Shown here piece by piece: positions 60,424 to 64,000 of a stretch of DNA of 64,000 bases. The stretch lies in assembly GCA_035193785.1 (NCBI GenBank), contig CP136572.1, forward strand, positions 3,220,578-3,284,577, read 5' to 3'. Below the pieces are notes generated by a model. The model saw only the letters and a list, made by a program, of their open reading frames with translations, was not told where the DNA came from and did no database searches. A program made the position numbers and the translations under genes. The stretch is from Planktothrix sp. GU0601_MAG3 (lineage in GTDB: Bacteria > Cyanobacteriota > Cyanobacteriia > Cyanobacteriales > Microcoleaceae). Each line of letters begins with the position of its first letter. Positions within the stretch are counted from its first letter, which is position 1.

Positions 60424-62338
60424 ATGAGCAAAAAAACTGCAAAATACGGGTCTTGGAAATCCCCCATTACCGCCGATTTAATGGTAGAAGGAACCGTTGG
60501 ACTGGGGGGAGTAACCTGGGATGGGGATAATATTTATTGGATAGAAGGACGGCCATCGGAAGCAGGACGTAGTGTGATTGTTCGTCTGACTCCTGATAAT
60601 CAATTAAATGATGTTACACCTCAATCTTTTAATGCTAGAACTCGTGTTCATGAATATGGCGGTGGTTCCTATATTGTTAATCAAGGAACGGTTTATTTTT
60701 CTAATTTTGTTGATCAACGTCTTTATCAACAGAAAATTCAAGGGGAAAATACCCCCTATCAAATTACTCCAGAACCTATTACTCCAGAAGCAGAATATCG
60801 TTATGCAGATGGGATAATTGATGCTCAAAATCAACGGTTAATTTGTGTCCGAGAAGATCATACCCAAGGGGGAGAACCTGTTAATACCATTGTTAGTATT
60901 AATCTGAATAATAGTGAGGATATTCGGGTTTTAGTTGAGGGTAATGATTTTTATGCCTTTCCTCGTTTAAGCCCTGCTGGTAATCAATTATCTTGGATTT
61001 CATGGAATCATCCGAATATGCCTTGGGATGGGACGGAATTATGGGTGGCTGAGGTTAATTCCCAGGGGTTATTAGGAGAAAAACAATTGATTGCGGGGGG
61101 TTTGGAAGAATCTATTTTTCAACCCCAATGGTCACCGGATGGAATTTTATATTTTGTTAGCGATCGCTCTAATTGGTGGAACTTATATCGCTATACTGGG
61201 AAGATAGAACCATTATATCCCATGGCGGCAGAATTTGGTTTACCCCTGTGGGTTTTTGGAATGTCAACATACAGGTTTAGTTCGGCAGAAAAGATTATTT
61301 GTACCTACAGTAAAAATGGTAATTGGTATCTAGCCAGTTTGGATACTAAAACTCACAAATTAGAGGATATTGAGATCCCTTACACCGCAATTGATGGCTT
61401 AACTGTTTCGGGAAATCAAGTATTATTTATTGGCAGTTCTCCCACGGAAAGTAGTGCCATTGTCAAGCTGAATTTGGAAACAGGAGAAACTAGAAGTATT
61501 AAGGCGTTCTAGTCAAATTGTACTAGATAAAGGCTATTTATCCGTACCTCAATCGATAGAATTTCCCACAGAAAATGGGAAAACTGCCTATGGATTATTC
61601 TATCCTCCTCAAAACAAAGATTATCAAGTTTCAGAGGGTGAAAAACCACCTTTAGTGGTTAAAAGTCATGGGGGGCCAACATCAGCAACATCTAGCAGTT
61701 TGAGCTTAAAAATTCAATATTGGACGAGTCGAGGATTTGCGGTTTTAGATGTTAATTATGGGGGAAGTACAGGTTACGGACGGGAGTACCGCCAACGGTT
61801 AAATAAAAGTTGGGGAATTGTGGATGTTGATGATTGTTGTAACGGGGCAAAATATCTAGCAGAAAAGGGTTTGGTCGATGGCAACCGCATGGCAATTGCG
61901 GGGGGAAGTGCGGGGGGTTATACCACTTTATGTGCTTTAACATTTAAGGATGTATTTAAGGCGGGGGCGAGTTATTATGGAGTTAGTGATTTAGAGGCTT
62001 TAGCCACGGATACCCATAAATTTGAATCCCGTTATTTGGATGGTTTAATTGGGGTTTATCCTGAAGAAAAGGCTATTTATGAACAGCGTTCTCCGATTTA
62101 TTCTGTTGATAAATTATCCTGTCCGGTGATATTCTTTCAGGGTTCAGAGGATAAAATTGTGCCTCCCAACCAAGCAGAAATGATGGTAGCAGCATTAAAA
62201 GCGAAAGGAGTTACGGTGGAATATGTTCTGTTTGAAGGAGAGCAACATGGCTTCAGAAAAGCAGAAAATATTAAATGTGCTATTGATGGTGAATTTGGTT
62301 TTTATGCCAAAGTCTTTGGTTTTGAACCTGCCAAATAA
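60424..62338 (+). CDS. S9-family peptidase (acylaminoacyl/dipeptidyl peptidase) (apparent frameshift at 61486-61490)
   Basis: [15 protein letters not shown], nucleophile [20 protein letters not shown]. Confidence 0.92.
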
Positions 62339-62531
62339 CCACCGTTAAATAGAAGATTAGCTGCGTATATTACAGCTATTAATGTTAATAATTAAGTCAA
62401 ACTTAGTATTGGCTAAACGTTTGACTCTCAATGCTTGACCCCCCTAAAACCCATTAAAAAAGGGGGGAATGGACTTGAATTTTTTTAAATAATTTGCTAC
62501 AATAGTCTATAAACAGATAGCATGAATTATT

Positions 62532-63297
62532 ATGTCTGTCACACCAATTCAACCTCCGACTATTGATTTAACAGAAGTTATTACTGAGGATGATACTCCT
62601 GTGGATAATTTTCTATCCGCTAAATTGCAGCGTTTATTAGTTGAATGTTTATATAGTTTCTTGGCAAAGATTAGGAGAAAATTCAACATTTTTAGTTGAT
62701 GCAAATGTAGGTATTTTCTATGCACTCCGTCATCCTCCCATTGTACCCGATGTATTTTTATCCTTAGATGTGGAAGTCCCGCCAGATTTTCGAGAAAAAC
62801 GAAATCGGACTTATTTTATTTGGGAGTTTGGGAAACCGCCCGATGTGGTGATTGAAATTGTTTCTAATCAAGAAGTAAATGAACTCGGGAGTAAGTTAAT
62901 TAATTATGCCCGGATGCGGGTAACATATTATGTTGTATTTGACCCGTTACAACAATTGGGCGATATTTTATTACGAGTTTATGTTTTACGCGAGGGACAC
63001 TATCAATTATTAGAAACAACAGAAATTGAAAATAAATCAATATTTTGGTTAGAACAAATTGGCTTAGGATTAACTATTTGGTCTGGAATATATGAAGAAA
63101 AACAGGATATTTGGTTACGGTGGTGTGATGATAAAGGTGTTATTATTCCCACTGGTAAAGAACGGGCTGAAAAGGAATATTTAAGGGCGGAATTGGCTGA
63201 ACAATCTCGGCGTAACGCTATTCCTAGGTTACGAAAAATGGGGTTAACGAATGAACAAATTGCTGAATCTTTAGGTTTGGAGATTGGAGAGGTTTAA
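62532..63297 (+). CDS. Uma2-family endonuclease (apparent frameshift at 62656-62660)
   Basis: ITEDDTPVDN, VPDVFLSL, WEFGKPPDVVIEIVS. Confidence 0.88.
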
Positions 63298-63345
63298 CCC
63301 TCTTTTATCGACGTTTTCTCAAATTTATTTAGAGGATAGTGAAAA

Positions 63346-63568
63346 ATGATAATAGAAACAGCGATCTTAAAAAATGTCGAAAAATTACCTAAATCTGTTA
63401 AACAAGCGGTGCTTGACTATACGGAATTTCTTGTGAAACCGATACAATGAGGAAACACCTCAAATGGAGAAACCAACCAAGCGAGGAGGACTTGGGATTT
63501 GGAAAGGTAAAATCTGGATTGCAGATGATTTTGATGAACCTTTGGAAGATTTAAAGGATTATATGTAA
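63346..63568 (+). CDS. DUF2281-type antitoxin (apparent frameshift at 63435-63439); absent from the ORF track
   Basis: Repaired product ...LPKSVKQAVLDYTEFLVNRY...RGGLGIWKGKIWIADDFDEPLEDLKDYM*; 2 bp upstream of a PIN gene. Confidence 0.8.
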
Positions 63569-63570
63569 AC

Positions 63571-63957
63571 ATGAATATTTTATTGGATACCCATACTTTT
63601 CTTTGGTACTTTCAAGATAGCGAAGAATTAAGTTATAAAGCAGCAGAAATTCTTGAAGATCCAAATAATACTCTCTGCCTTAGCATTGCCAGCTTGTGGG
63701 AAATGTCAATTAAGATTAATCTAGGGAAACTCAGGTTACAAAACTCTTTTTCTGAGCTAGAGGGAGTGTTACAACAACTAAAAATAGAGGTTTTGTCTAT
63801 TACATTCTCTGATACAGAGTGCTATCTTAACTTGCCCCTGCATCATCGAGATCCTTTTGATCGCATTCTTGTTGCACAGGCGATAAATCATTCTCTTATT
63901 TTAATTAGTCGCGATTCAGCTTTTGATTATTACCCAATTCAGAGGATATGGAAATAA
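63571..63957 (+). CDS. vapC: PIN-domain type II toxin VapC
   Basis: ILLDTHTFLW, SIASLWEMSIK, HHRDPFDRILVAQA, LISRD. Confidence 0.9.
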   Translation: MNILLDTHTFLWYFQDSEELSYKAAEILEDPNNTLCLSIASLWEMSIKINLGKLRLQNSFSELEGVLQQLKIEVLSITFSDTECYLNLPLHHRDPFDRILVAQAINHSLILISRDSAFDYYPIQRIWK

Positions 63958-64000
63958 AACAGACCGGTATTATTTATTGTTAGATACATGACGGCGTTTT

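Overview
This window comes from a filamentous cyanobacterium (about 40% GC, frequent HIP1 GCGATCGC octamers, heptamer STRR arrays; gene content suggests Planktothrix/Oscillatoriales). It is mostly core and signalling genes: a sensor kinase, stand-alone clpX, an ABC exporter, a CheB-CheR-PAS hybrid kinase, psb34, a 5'-nucleotidase, desB, lpdA, the PatA/CheY/CheW/MCP/CheA (pilGHIJL/hmp-type) motility cluster, an RTX protein, folK-NUDIX-photolyase, a GH13 glucanase, gpsA with a HAD-IIB phosphatase, a partner-switching module (two dCache-HAMP-SpoIIE phosphatases plus slr1658/slr1659-like genes), rrf2-cysK, an efflux adaptor, AAA-WD40, groEL2 with CIRCE, a HEPN pair, an S9 peptidase, Uma2 genes and a DUF2281/VapC pair. 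The main signal is in the errors. I located 35 frameshifts by manual re-translation, and 34 are repaired by removing extra A/T from GAAAC/GTTTC to restore GAAC/GTTC. This points to a motif-specific sequencing artefact, probably from a DNA modification at GAAC/GTTC, the classic Dnd phosphorothioate motif, rather than real pseudogenes. Other notable items are a four-unit REPIN/BIME-like array downstream of groEL2, a nested MITE with a 5-bp target-site duplication, and a GgpPS-like phosphatase beside gpsA. No rRNA, tRNA, CRISPR array or intact transposase was seen.
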